A DNA stretch of 64,000 nt from a bacterium (GTDB taxonomy: Bacteria > UBA8248), in NCBI GenBank assembly GCA_965199855.1, contig OZ241326.1, forward strand, positions 1,920,001 through 1,984,000. Reading direction: 5' to 3'. This document shows, piece by piece, positions 9,897 to 18,683 of this stretch (position 1 is the first letter of the stretch; each line of letters opens with the position of its first letter). The position numbers and the translations under genes were made by a program. Under the pieces are notes generated by a model, which saw only the letters and a program-made list of their open reading frames with translations, ran no database searches and had not been told where the DNA came from.

Positions 9897-10670
9897 ATGA
9901 GACACGGTCGACTTGTCTTTCTTTGCGCCTGCATGTTGGGTTTTGCGTCCCTTCCATTTTCCAGTCCGGCTTTCGCGCAAAAGAAAAAGATTGTCATGAC
10001 GGACTTCAGCGCGAGTCCGGACGGGAAGGGTTCCGACAAGCTGCCGAAAGGATGGATGCTGACGGTGTGGCGCGGAAAGCCCGACTTCCGATTGATGCCG
10101 GACGAAGGCAGGGGCGCGGCGGCGCTTCGGATGCGAAGCGACAAAGCGTCCTTTTCCATCCATCGGGAAGTGGGGCTCGACCTCAGGAAATTCCCGAATC
10201 TCTCATGGAGATGGAAGGTTACGAAACTCCCCGAAGGCGCGGACGCGCGAAACGGCGCATCCGACGACCAGGCGGCCGGCGTTTACGTCCTGTTCCACAA
10301 ATTCCCCGGCTTTCTCAACAGCCGCTTGATCGGGTACGTCTGGGAGACGAGCGCGCCGGCGGGCGCGGTTCTCAAAAGCCGCAAGAATCCAAAAGTTCAC
10401 TACATCGTCGTCAGGAGCGGCGCGGACGATCTCGACAGGTGGATAACCGAGAAGCGCAACGTGCTGGATGATTACCGCCGGGTATTCGGCTCCGAGCCGC
10501 CCCGGGTGGGCGGCCTCGCGTTGATGATCGATACGGACGACACCCTTTCCTCAGCGGAAAGCTATTTCGCCAAGGTGGAATTCAAGGGGCGCGCCTCCGG
10601 CGCCGCCGCTCCCCGCCCGTATGGCCGGCTCGCCAAAGCAGCGGATTTCCCCGCTTGGGCCTACGAATAA
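9897..10670 (+). CDS. DUF3047 domain-containing exported protein
   Basis: Signal peptide ending AFA; LSWRWKV, DDQAAGVYV, WITEKRNVLDDYRRVFG, MIDTDDT. Confidence 0.8.
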   Translation: MRHGRLVFLCACMLGFASLPFSSPAFAQKKKIVMTDFSASPDGKGSDKLPKGWMLTVWRGKPDFRLMPDEGRGAAALRMRSDKASFSIHREVGLDLRKFPNLSWRWKVTKLPEGADARNGASDDQAAGVYVLFHKFPGFLNSRLIGYVWETSAPAGAVLKSRKNPKVHYIVVRSGADDLDRWITEKRNVLDDYRRVFGSEPPRVGGLALMIDTDDTLSSAESYFAKVEFKGRASGAAAPRPYGRLAKAADFPAWAYE

Positions 10671-10839
10671 AAGACCTTGCGCGTCTGTTCTCTTTGTCTT
10701 GGCCGGGACGCCCGTTCGCCGAAAACGCATGGCGAGGCTTCTTCATCCCGTGAATGGCGCGCTTTCTCCCCCCAAACCCTCCTTGACGGAGAGAAAATGC
10801 GCCGGAAGCGGTTCGCGCGAACCGGAGCGCTGAGATTCA

Positions 10840-11772
10840 GTGTCTGACGCCGAAATATACGTCGGTCTCGACCTTGGAGGCTCCTTCCTGAAGGCGTCCT
10901 CGTTTGCTCTTGACGGGACGCCGGGAGAAGCCCGCTCCCTGGATGCGAAGCAGTGTCCGGGGGCGGAAGACTATCTCGCCCTGTTCGGGAATGCGGTCGA
11001 ATCGCTCTCCTCGAAGAAGCGCGTCAGGGGGGTCGGCGTCGCCGTCGCGGGCGTCCTTGCCCCAGATGAGGGGAAAATCGTCGAATCCCCCAACCTCCCC
11101 GCCCTTTCCGGCGTTCGCCTCCTCGCGCTCCTGCGGGACGTGTTCTCCCCTTCCCCGGTTCGCATGATGAACGACGCGAACGCCGCCGCGCTGGGGGAGT
11201 ATTTCGCGGGCGCGGGCGCGGGCTGCCGCAGCATGTTCATCCTCACGCTGGGCACGGGCGTCGGCGGGGGCTTCATCCAGAACGGGGAGATTTGGCGGGG
11301 CGCGTCCGGCATGGCGGGCGAAATCGGCCATACGATCATCGAAAAGGAAGGCGAATCATGCGCTTGCGGCTCGCGCGGATGCCTGGAGGCGCATTTTTCG
11401 GGCTGGGCGCTCGTGCGGGACGCGAAGGCTCACGCGGCGCGGCGGCCGGAGTCCGCCATCGCGTCTCTCGCCGAGATATCGCCGATAGCCCTCGCCAATC
11501 TGGCCGCCGCCGGAGATCGGGACGCGAAGGCGCTGTGGGAGAACGGCGGGCGCGCCCTCGGGGTCGGAATCGCCAACGTCATGAATTTGCTGAACCCCGA
11601 AAGCATCGTTCTCGCGGGAGGATTGCTGAACGCGAAAGAGCATTTTCTGCCGAGCGCCCGAAGCGCCTGGGAGGAGCGCTCCTTCGCCCAGGCGAGCCGT
11701 TCATCCAGGGTATTGCCGGGCGAATTGGGCGAATGGGCGGGCGTCAGGGGCGCCATCCAGCCCTTTTTGTAA
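10840..11772 (+). CDS. ROK-family sugar kinase (glucokinase-like)
   Basis: GLDLGGS, NDANAAALGE, TLGTGVGGG, GEIGH, CACGSRGCLE. Confidence 0.93.
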   Translation: MSDAEIYVGLDLGGSFLKASSFALDGTPGEARSLDAKQCPGAEDYLALFGNAVESLSSKKRVRGVGVAVAGVLAPDEGKIVESPNLPALSGVRLLALLRDVFSPSPVRMMNDANAAALGEYFAGAGAGCRSMFILTLGTGVGGGFIQNGEIWRGASGMAGEIGHTIIEKEGESCACGSRGCLEAHFSGWALVRDAKAHAARRPESAIASLAEISPIALANLAAAGDRDAKALWENGGRALGVGIANVMNLLNPESIVLAGGLLNAKEHFLPSARSAWEERSFAQASRSSRVLPGELGEWAGVRGAIQPFL

Positions 11773-11912
11773 ATGACGCGCCCGGGCGCGGCAGGCGTTC
11801 GCCGGAATGCGCCGGACGCGCGTTTCTTTCAAGCCAAACGAAGCGCCCCGGGCGCGCTCGTCCCGCGCGGTTTGAGGCGAAATCCCATTAAAACCCCGTC
11901 ATTTGACCGCCT

Positions 11913-12135
11913 CTCGCGCGCATTTGCGCGCACCAGCCCGCATTTGCGGTGCGCGGACGCGCGCCCGGCGGGATATATTTCTGATGCGGGTGATGCGCCC
12001 GGCGATGCGGAAACGGAGGCGAAACGGGGTGGCTCAAAGGCCTGTCAAAAGGGTCGAAAAAAGGTCGCAAAAGGGTGGGAAATAGCTGTGAATTTGTCTT
12101 TATTTGTTCGTATTTGTCGAATTTTGCGGAAATTC
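11913..12135 (-). repeat. ~240-bp intergenic element, copy 2 (inverted relative to 1369-1602)
   Basis: Reverse complement shows the same conserved blocks in the same order as 1369-1602. Confidence 0.75.
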
Positions 12136-12377
12136 CCGCGCGGCTTCCTCCGGCCGGGCGGAAACCCTCCGCAGAAACGCCCCCGCCCCGAGAATTCTCC
12201 CGCGGCTCCCGTAGGGGCGATTCCCAAAAGGAAGCGAGAGCGCCGCAACGAGGAGGAGCGACGGCCGCAAGCCGCGTCGGCGGAAAACCCGGTTCCCGAC
12301 CTCCGCCAGAATCACGGGCTTTCGAGGCGGGGAGTGCTCTCCCCCCCTCTTTTTCCGATGCGAACGCCCCGGAAAAC

Positions 12378-12476
12378 GGGCGGTTCCCGAACCGCCCCTA
12401 CGAAAAGACAACCACGGGGGACTGTCCCCGCCATCAATGGGAAACGATGGACGGGACGCAAGAATGCGTCCCCTAC
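12378..12476 (-). repeat. Small cluster of GTAG-type REP-like hairpins
   Basis: gggcggttcccgaaccgcccctac (12378-12401), a degenerate gacaaccacggggg hairpin, gggacgcaagaatgcgtcccctac (12453-12476). Confidence 0.8.
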
Positions 12477-12679
12477 GGAGCCGGCTTTCCGGGAGGCGAG
12501 CGCCCCCTCCTCCCTGTCGCAAGCGAGACGGAAATGCCGCGCATCAGGGGTATTATTCTCAAATAAATCATATAATTAACCTCTTTAATTTAATATAACA
12601 CTCTAATTTTTCCCGCCTTCCTCGGTTTCATTTTCTCCTGATGCCCCGGTCTGTTCCCGTTTTTCGCCTGACAATTTGC

Positions 12680-12715
12680 TTGACAAGGGAAGCATACACT
12701 GTTAAATATATTTAA
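12680..12715 (+). promoter_or_regulatory. sigma70 promoter overlapped by palindromic operator candidate
   Basis: TTGACA (12680-85), 17 bp, TAAATA; perfect palindrome TTAAATATATTTAA at 12702-12715. Confidence 0.6.
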
Positions 12716-12767
12716 TTTTATTGCGGAAAATAAACAATCGCCGCTCATCTCGGAAGGAAACCGGCCC

Positions 12768-13316
12768 ATGACTTCACGACGCTCCTCCTCTTCCCTCTCC
12801 CCGAGCCTGGAGCACTACCTCCGCGCCATCCATGACCTGCAGGAGGCGAAGGGCTACGCGCGCGTGACGGACATCGCCTCCCTGCTGGGCGTGGCGAAGC
12901 CGGCCGTCTCGGCCGCCGTGAAGACGCTCCGCTCCAGCGGCCTCGTGTCCCATCGCATCTACGAGAGCATTCTTCTGACGGAAGAAGGCGAGAAGCGCGC
13001 GAAGGGCGTATCGGGCAAGTTCTCCGTTCTGATGCGCTTTCTCATAGACGTTCTGGGCGTGCCGGAAGATCGGGCCTTCGTGGACGCCTGCCTGATGGAG
13101 CACTACGTGAGCGGAAACTCCATCGACAGATTCCTCGATCTGCTGCGCTTCTTCGAGGAATCGGACAACCAGGAGGTTCTGGAGAAATTTCACCAGTTTC
13201 GCCGCTCGTGCGAGAGCGAGGACACGTGCCCGACCTGCTCCTACCATTGCGACATCAGCGTCATCGACTTCGATGATCTGGCGAAGAAAACCGGGCGGGC
13301 GCGCCAGCGGGTCTGA
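12768..13316 (+). CDS. DtxR/MntR-family metal-dependent repressor with Cys-rich tail
   Basis: SLEHYLRAI, ARVTDIASLLGVAKPAVS HTH, LTEEG, DACLMEH. Confidence 0.9.
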   Translation: MTSRRSSSSLSPSLEHYLRAIHDLQEAKGYARVTDIASLLGVAKPAVSAAVKTLRSSGLVSHRIYESILLTEEGEKRAKGVSGKFSVLMRFLIDVLGVPEDRAFVDACLMEHYVSGNSIDRFLDLLRFFEESDNQEVLEKFHQFRRSCESEDTCPTCSYHCDISVIDFDDLAKKTGRARQRV

Positions 13317-13433
13317 ATCCGGCTGTTTGCGCGGGAGGCTTATCGGATTTATCGCCCATTCGACTTCAGGACGATGCACCGCAAGCGGCTTTCCGGCCGA
13401 TTCCACAACCCTTCTCACAAGGAGACGCAGGCA

Positions 13434-14498
13434 ATGTTCGCTATGTTCCGCAGGGAGAAACGCGGGAAGTCCCTTCCCCTCCTCGCCGCCGTCGCCGCGC
13501 TCGTTCTGGGCGCGGCCGCGCCGGCCGCCTCAGAGAACGAAGTCAACCTCTACTCCTACCGCCAGCCCTTTCTCATCAAGCCGATTCTGAAGGAATTCAC
13601 CGACAAGACGGGCATCAAGACCAACGTCGTCTTTGCGAAAAAGGGGATGCTGGAGAAGATCAAGGCGACCCCCGGGGCGGCCGACGCCGTGCTGACGGTG
13701 GACATCGGGCGCCTGCACGACCTGGACGAGGCCGGGCTGCTCCAGCCGGTGCGCTCGAAGACGCTGGAGAAGAACATCCCCGCGTCCTGGCGCCACCCGA
13801 AGGGGCGCTGGTTCGGCCTCACCCTGCGCGGGCGCGTCATCTACGCCAGCAAGGCGCGCGTGAAGCCCGGCGAGATCACCCGCTACGAGGACCTCGCGGA
13901 TCCCAAATGGAGGGGCCGCATCTGCATCCGCTCCGGCAAGCACCTCTACAACATCTCGCTGTTCGCCTCCATCATCGCCCACAAGGGCGAGGCCGCGGCG
14001 AAGAAGTGGCTGACCGGCCTGAAATCCAACCTGGCCCGCAAGCCCAGCGGCAACGACCGGGCGCAGGCGAAGGGCATTTACGCCGGAGAGTGCGATCTCG
14101 GAGTGGGCAACACGTATTACATGGGCAAAATGACGACGAACAAGAAGAACAAGGAGCAGCAGAAGTGGGCGAAGGCGATATACCTCGTTTTCCCCAACCA
14201 GAAGGACAGGGGCGCCCACGTCAACATCAGCGGCGCCGCCGTCACCAGGCACGCGAAAAACCGGGCGAACGCGATCCGGCTCATCGAGTTCCTGAGCGAG
14301 GACCACGCCCAGAAGCTGTACGCGGACCAGAATTTTGAATATCCTCTGAAGAAGGGAGTCAAGACGTCCTCCCTGGTCGATTCCTGGGGCAAGTTCAAGG
14401 CGGACGCCATCAGCCTGTCCAAGGTGGCGAACCAGCGGGCGCTCGCCTCCAGGCTGGTCGATCAGGTCGATTTCAACAACTTCCGACCCAGCAACTAG
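13434..14498 (+). CDS. Fe(3+) ABC transporter substrate-binding protein (FutA/FbpA-like)
   Basis: EVNLYSYRQ, TVDIGRL, YEDLADPKWRGRICIRSG, GNDRAQ, NTYY Tyr pair; SD AAGGAG. Confidence 0.92.
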   Translation: MFAMFRREKRGKSLPLLAAVAALVLGAAAPAASENEVNLYSYRQPFLIKPILKEFTDKTGIKTNVVFAKKGMLEKIKATPGAADAVLTVDIGRLHDLDEAGLLQPVRSKTLEKNIPASWRHPKGRWFGLTLRGRVIYASKARVKPGEITRYEDLADPKWRGRICIRSGKHLYNISLFASIIAHKGEAAAKKWLTGLKSNLARKPSGNDRAQAKGIYAGECDLGVGNTYYMGKMTTNKKNKEQQKWAKAIYLVFPNQKDRGAHVNISGAAVTRHAKNRANAIRLIEFLSEDHAQKLYADQNFEYPLKKGVKTSSLVDSWGKFKADAISLSKVANQRALASRLVDQVDFNNFRPSN

Positions 14499-14508
14499 CC
14501 GGCGGTAG

Positions 14509-14571
14509 CGCGAAGACCCCAAAGGCCCTAACATCCCCCCTCGGCGGGGACGGGGCTTTTGGGGGCTTCGC
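14509..14571 (+). other. Intercistronic stem-loop after the binding-protein gene
   Basis: gcgaagaccccaaaggccc ... gggcttttgggggcttcgc imperfect inverted repeat; possible mRNA stabiliser or attenuator. Confidence 0.45.
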
Positions 14572-14688
14572 CTATGGCGCGGGGGAAGATCCACGGAGAA
14601 GCCTTCTCGTCCCGGACGCACATTTTGCCATGGCGACAACACACCTGACTCGCGTTCCCTATATCACCGCCTTCGCGATCGGCATGGA

Positions 14689-16386
14689 ATGAGCGCGGAC
14701 GCGGATCGCATGGACGCCCTTCCGGGGCGCGCGAACGGGCGGCTTGGGCTGGATTTGTGGACGGGCGGGACCCTTCTGCTCGCATTTTTCATCGCGGCTC
14801 CGCTCCTCTCCGTCGCGTTCTTCGCGCTTCAGCCCAGCGGCGACATCTGGCGCCACCTGGCCGCAACCGTCCTGCCGCGCTACGTGAAGACCACCATCGC
14901 CCTGATGCTCGGCGTCGGGGCCGGCGCGCTGGTCATCGGAACGTGCGGCGCGTGGCTCGTGACGCTGTGCCGCTTCCCGGGACGGCGAATCTTCGAGTGG
15001 GCGCTTCTCCTGCCCCTGGCGATGCCCTCCTACGTCGTGGCCTACGTCTATACCGACGTCTTCGAGTTCGCGGGACCGGCGCAGGAGGCGCTGCGGGAAA
15101 TTTTCGGGTGGGAATCGGGGCGGGACTACTGGTTTCCGGAAATACGCTCTCTCGGCGGCGCGATTTTCGTGATGACGATTACGCTCTACCCCTACGTGTA
15201 TCTGCTCGCGCGCGTCGCCTTCATGCAGCAGTCGGTCTGCATCCTGGAAGTCAGCAGGACGCTGGGCAAAACGGCCTGGCGAAGCTTCTTCTCCATCGCC
15301 CTGCCCCTGGCCCGCCCCTCCCTCGTCATCGGGGTGAGCCTCGTTCTCATGGAGGCGCTGAACGACTTCGGAACGGCGGATTTCTTCGCCGTGGAGACGC
15401 TCACGGCGGGCATTTTCGACGTCTGGCTCAACGCGAACAACCTCCCGGGCGCCGCGCAGCTCTCCGTCGTCGCCCTGGGCTTCGTCCTGCTTCTGCTGTG
15501 GGCGGAGCGAACGTCGCGCAGGGAGCGGAGGTATCACCACACGTCCGCCAGGTATCAGGCGCTTCCGAGCTACCGGCTCGGGAGCGCGAAGGCGCTGGGC
15601 GCGGCCGCCGCCTGCCTGCTCCCGATCTGCTTCGGGTTCATTCTCCCCGCGTCCGTTCTGGCGAATTACGCCCTGTCGTTTTATGAAGAAAGCTTTTCGC
15701 ACAATTTCCATTCCACCCTCTCCAACAGCCTGGCGCTGGCGTCGTTCAGCGCGCTGCTCTGCGCGGGCGCGGGCGTTTTTCTGGCCTACGGCGTCCGCCT
15801 GAAGGGGAGCCCGGCGCTCCGCTCGGCCGCCCGGTTCGCCAGCGTCGGATACGCCGTTCCGGGCGCGGTGCTCGCCGTCGGCGTCCTGATTCCCATGGGC
15901 AAGATGGACGTCGCCATCCAGGGGCTTCTCAAGGGAGCCTTCGGCGCATCGGTCGGCCTGCTCTTCAGCGGCACGCTCCTCGCCGTCAGCTACGGCTACG
16001 CGGCGCGCTTCCTGGCGCTTTCCTACGGCGCGGTGGAATCCAGCCTGCTGAGGATTACGCCAAACATGGACGGCGCCGCCCGGACGCTGGGCATGAGCCC
16101 CGCCAAGACCCTCCGGCGCGTTCACCTGCCCATGATTCGGGGCGGCGTCCTGGCCGCGGCCATTCTGGTGTTCGTCGATACGATGAAGGAGCTGCCCATG
16201 ACGATCATCCTGCGCCCGTTCAACTTCGAGACGCTGGCCACCCAGGTTCACCAGCTGGCCTCGGACGAACTGCTGGAGGAAAGCGCGCTGGGCGCGCTGA
16301 GCATCGCCGCGGCGGGGCTTTTGCCCGTCATCTACCTGAGCCGGACCATCCGGAGCGCGCGTCCGGGAAGCGGCGGCGGGGATTGA
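14689..16386 (+). CDS. Fe(3+) ABC transporter permease (FbpB/FutB-like)
   Basis: Two permease halves; LPLAMPSYVVAY, YPYVYLLAR, AARTLG, MKELP. Confidence 0.92.
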   Translation: MSADADRMDALPGRANGRLGLDLWTGGTLLLAFFIAAPLLSVAFFALQPSGDIWRHLAATVLPRYVKTTIALMLGVGAGALVIGTCGAWLVTLCRFPGRRIFEWALLLPLAMPSYVVAYVYTDVFEFAGPAQEALREIFGWESGRDYWFPEIRSLGGAIFVMTITLYPYVYLLARVAFMQQSVCILEVSRTLGKTAWRSFFSIALPLARPSLVIGVSLVLMEALNDFGTADFFAVETLTAGIFDVWLNANNLPGAAQLSVVALGFVLLLLWAERTSRRERRYHHTSARYQALPSYRLGSAKALGAAAACLLPICFGFILPASVLANYALSFYEESFSHNFHSTLSNSLALASFSALLCAGAGVFLAYGVRLKGSPALRSAARFASVGYAVPGAVLAVGVLIPMGKMDVAIQGLLKGAFGASVGLLFSGTLLAVSYGYAARFLALSYGAVESSLLRITPNMDGAARTLGMSPAKTLRRVHLPMIRGGVLAAAILVFVDTMKELPMTIILRPFNFETLATQVHQLASDELLEESALGALSIAAAGLLPVIYLSRTIRSARPGSGGGD

Positions 16387-16389
16387 CGG

Positions 16390-17463
16390 ATGGCCAGACT
16401 CGAGATTGAGACCATATCCCATTCCTATGGGGCGAAGGCCGTCATCGAGGATTTGTCCCTCACCGTCGAGGCGGGAGAAATCGCCTGCCTGCTGGGGCCC
16501 TCCGGCTGCGGCAAGACGACGCTGCTGCGCCTGGTGGCGGGGCTCGCGCCCCTGCAGTCGGGAAGGATCCGCCTCGACGGGAACGCCGCGTCGGACCCCG
16601 CGCGCGGCGTCCAGGCGCCGCCCGAGAAGCGGGGCGTCGGCTTCATGTTCCAGGACTACGCGCTCTTCCCCCACCTGGACGTTTTTCGCAACATCATCTT
16701 CGGCGTTGACGACCCCTCGCCGCAGAAGCTCGCCGAAATACAGCGCGCCATGATCCAGATGGACATCGTGGAGCTCACGAACGCCTATCCCCACACCCTT
16801 TCGGGCGGCCAGCAGCAGCGCGTCGCCCTCCTTCGGGCGCTGGCGCCCGCCCCGAGGCTCCTCCTGCTGGACGAGCCCTTCTCCGGCCTCGACGTCAACC
16901 TCCGCGCCCAGGTGCGCGAGGACACGCTGGGGCTGATCAGGCAGACGGGCGTCACCACGCTGATGGTCACGCACGACCCCCAGGAGGCCATGTACCTGGC
17001 GGATCGCATTCTGGTCATGCGGGAGGGCAGGCTCGAGCAGAGCGGCTCGCCGCGCGAAATCTACCAGTTTCCCGCCACGGAGTTCGCCGCCCGCTTCGTG
17101 GGACAGACGAACATTCTCCAGGGCATCGTTCTCTCGAACCGGGACGACGAGGTGATGACGACCATCGGCGCCGTGCCGTGCCTCTCCATGCGCGGCCTCG
17201 AATTCGGCGCGGACGCCTTCATCTCGATTCGCCCCGAGAGCTTCGAGATCGACCCGAACGGCCCTTTCCGGGGCGAAATCCGCAGCATTCGCTACGCGGG
17301 GCAGTCGGTGATGCTGGAAGTCGAGGTGCTCGGCGAAATCGGCGGGGGACGCCGGCTGAAAATGCGCGTCCACCCGAACCTGCGGGCGGACGTGGGCGAG
17401 GAGATCAGGTTCCGCGTCATGCCGGACTTCGTCACGGTGATTGAAGACCCGCTCGGCGATTGA
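16390..17463 (+). CDS. Fe(3+) ABC transporter ATP-binding protein (FbpC-like)
   Basis: GPSGCGKTT, FQDYALFPHL, LSGGQQQR, LLLDEPFS. Confidence 0.92.
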   Translation: MARLEIETISHSYGAKAVIEDLSLTVEAGEIACLLGPSGCGKTTLLRLVAGLAPLQSGRIRLDGNAASDPARGVQAPPEKRGVGFMFQDYALFPHLDVFRNIIFGVDDPSPQKLAEIQRAMIQMDIVELTNAYPHTLSGGQQQRVALLRALAPAPRLLLLDEPFSGLDVNLRAQVREDTLGLIRQTGVTTLMVTHDPQEAMYLADRILVMREGRLEQSGSPREIYQFPATEFAARFVGQTNILQGIVLSNRDDEVMTTIGAVPCLSMRGLEFGADAFISIRPESFEIDPNGPFRGEIRSIRYAGQSVMLEVEVLGEIGGGRRLKMRVHPNLRADVGEEIRFRVMPDFVTVIEDPLGD

Positions 17464-17601
17464 CGGCGCTTCCAGGAGCGCGCCGACGGGCAATTCCGGA
17501 AAAAATCGGACGCCGGCCGCCTCGTCCCGCGCGCCGCTTCCGGCGGTCCGCCGTCAAGCGCGAGAGGCCCGGCGAAGCGACCCGCCGGCGTCAGGGACGG
17601 G

Positions 17602-18618
17602 TTATTTCAGCCCCTGCCGGACTTTCGGGAACATTTCCTCGGCCATCATCTGCATCGTCTCCAGGACGAGGGACTGGGGCATCCCCGGCCACTGAACGCT
17701 CATGACGAGGTGGTTCACGCCGAGCGCCGCCAGCCCCAGCACGCCTTCGGCGACCTCGTCCGGCGAGCCGAGGAGGAACCTGTCCTTCAGCAGGTCGTCG
17801 AACTGCTGGCCCAGGTCGTCGTCCCTCTCGGGCATGGCCCTGTCCTGCCCCCAGCGGTGGTATTCGCGGTATTTGACTTCGAGACAGGGCCTGCTGAGGC
17901 GTATCGCCTCCGCCCTGTCCCTGGCGACGAACACCTCGCGCCGCATCGGGAACTCGTCGGGAAAGGGCTTGCCGAGATCGTCCAGCGCCCGGCGGTAAAG
18001 CGCGATCTGGCGCCTCGTCGTGTCGAGCCGGTTGTGCGGGTTCACGTAGTAGCAGTCGCCCAGCCTCGCCGCGCGGCGTATCCCCGCGTCGCTGTTCGCC
18101 CCGATCCAGACGGGCGGGTGGGGCTTCTGAACGGGCTTCAGGGAGCAGGACGCCTCGACCAGCTCGAAGTGCGAGCCCTTCATCGACACCGCATCTTCCG
18201 TCCAGAGGCGCTTGACGGCCTCCAGGTTCTCCTCCAGGCGCCCCGCCCGCTCCTTCCGCGTCGTGCCGAAGCCCCTGAACTCCACCTCGCGGTAGCCGAG
18301 CCCGACGCCGAAGATGAGCTTTCCGTTCGACATCACGTCGATCGTCGCCAGCTGCTCCGCGATATCCATCGGCTTGTGGAGCGAGAGGAGCACGATGCCC
18401 GCGTTGAGCCGCAGGCTCGGCGCCTCCGCGCTGACGCGGGCGAGAAAGGGCAGCTGCTGAAAATCCTGGAGCGGACGCGCGCTGTAGTGGCTCCCCTTGG
18501 TGAGGGACGAGAAGCCCAGCGCCTCGGCCCGCCGCGCCTGCTCCAGCAGCTCGCCGAAGCGCGTCCGCATGTCGTCCTCTCCGGTGAACTGCCCTCTCAG
18601 CATCAGGCCGAACCGCAT
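17602..18618 (-). CDS. LLM-class (luciferase-like) flavin-dependent oxidoreductase
   Basis: AEQLATIDVMSNGKLIFGVGLGYR, KPVQKPHPPVWIGA, RAARLGD; start MRFGLML. Confidence 0.9.
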   Translation of the reverse strand: MRFGLMLRGQFTGEDDMRTRFGELLEQARRAEALGFSSLTKGSHYSARPLQDFQQLPFLARVSAEAPSLRLNAGIVLLSLHKPMDIAEQLATIDVMSNGKLIFGVGLGYREVEFRGFGTTRKERAGRLEENLEAVKRLWTEDAVSMKGSHFELVEASCSLKPVQKPHPPVWIGANSDAGIRRAARLGDCYYVNPHNRLDTTRRQIALYRRALDDLGKPFPDEFPMRREVFVARDRAEAIRLSRPCLEVKYREYHRWGQDRAMPERDDDLGQQFDDLLKDRFLLGSPDEVAEGVLGLAALGVNHLVMSVQWPGMPQSLVLETMQMMAEEMFPKVRQGLK

Positions 18619-18683
18619 TTTCGCTTCCTTCGCAAGGGGAAGCCACGCTTCATGCCGCCCCGGATGAACGGCGCCGACCGCCG

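Noticed and set aside
1705-11772. Composite transposon or genomic island between the two 240-bp elements
   Set aside because: No transposase or target-site duplication seen, the copies are well diverged and the enclosed genes look chromosomal; an apparent lower GC could not be quantified
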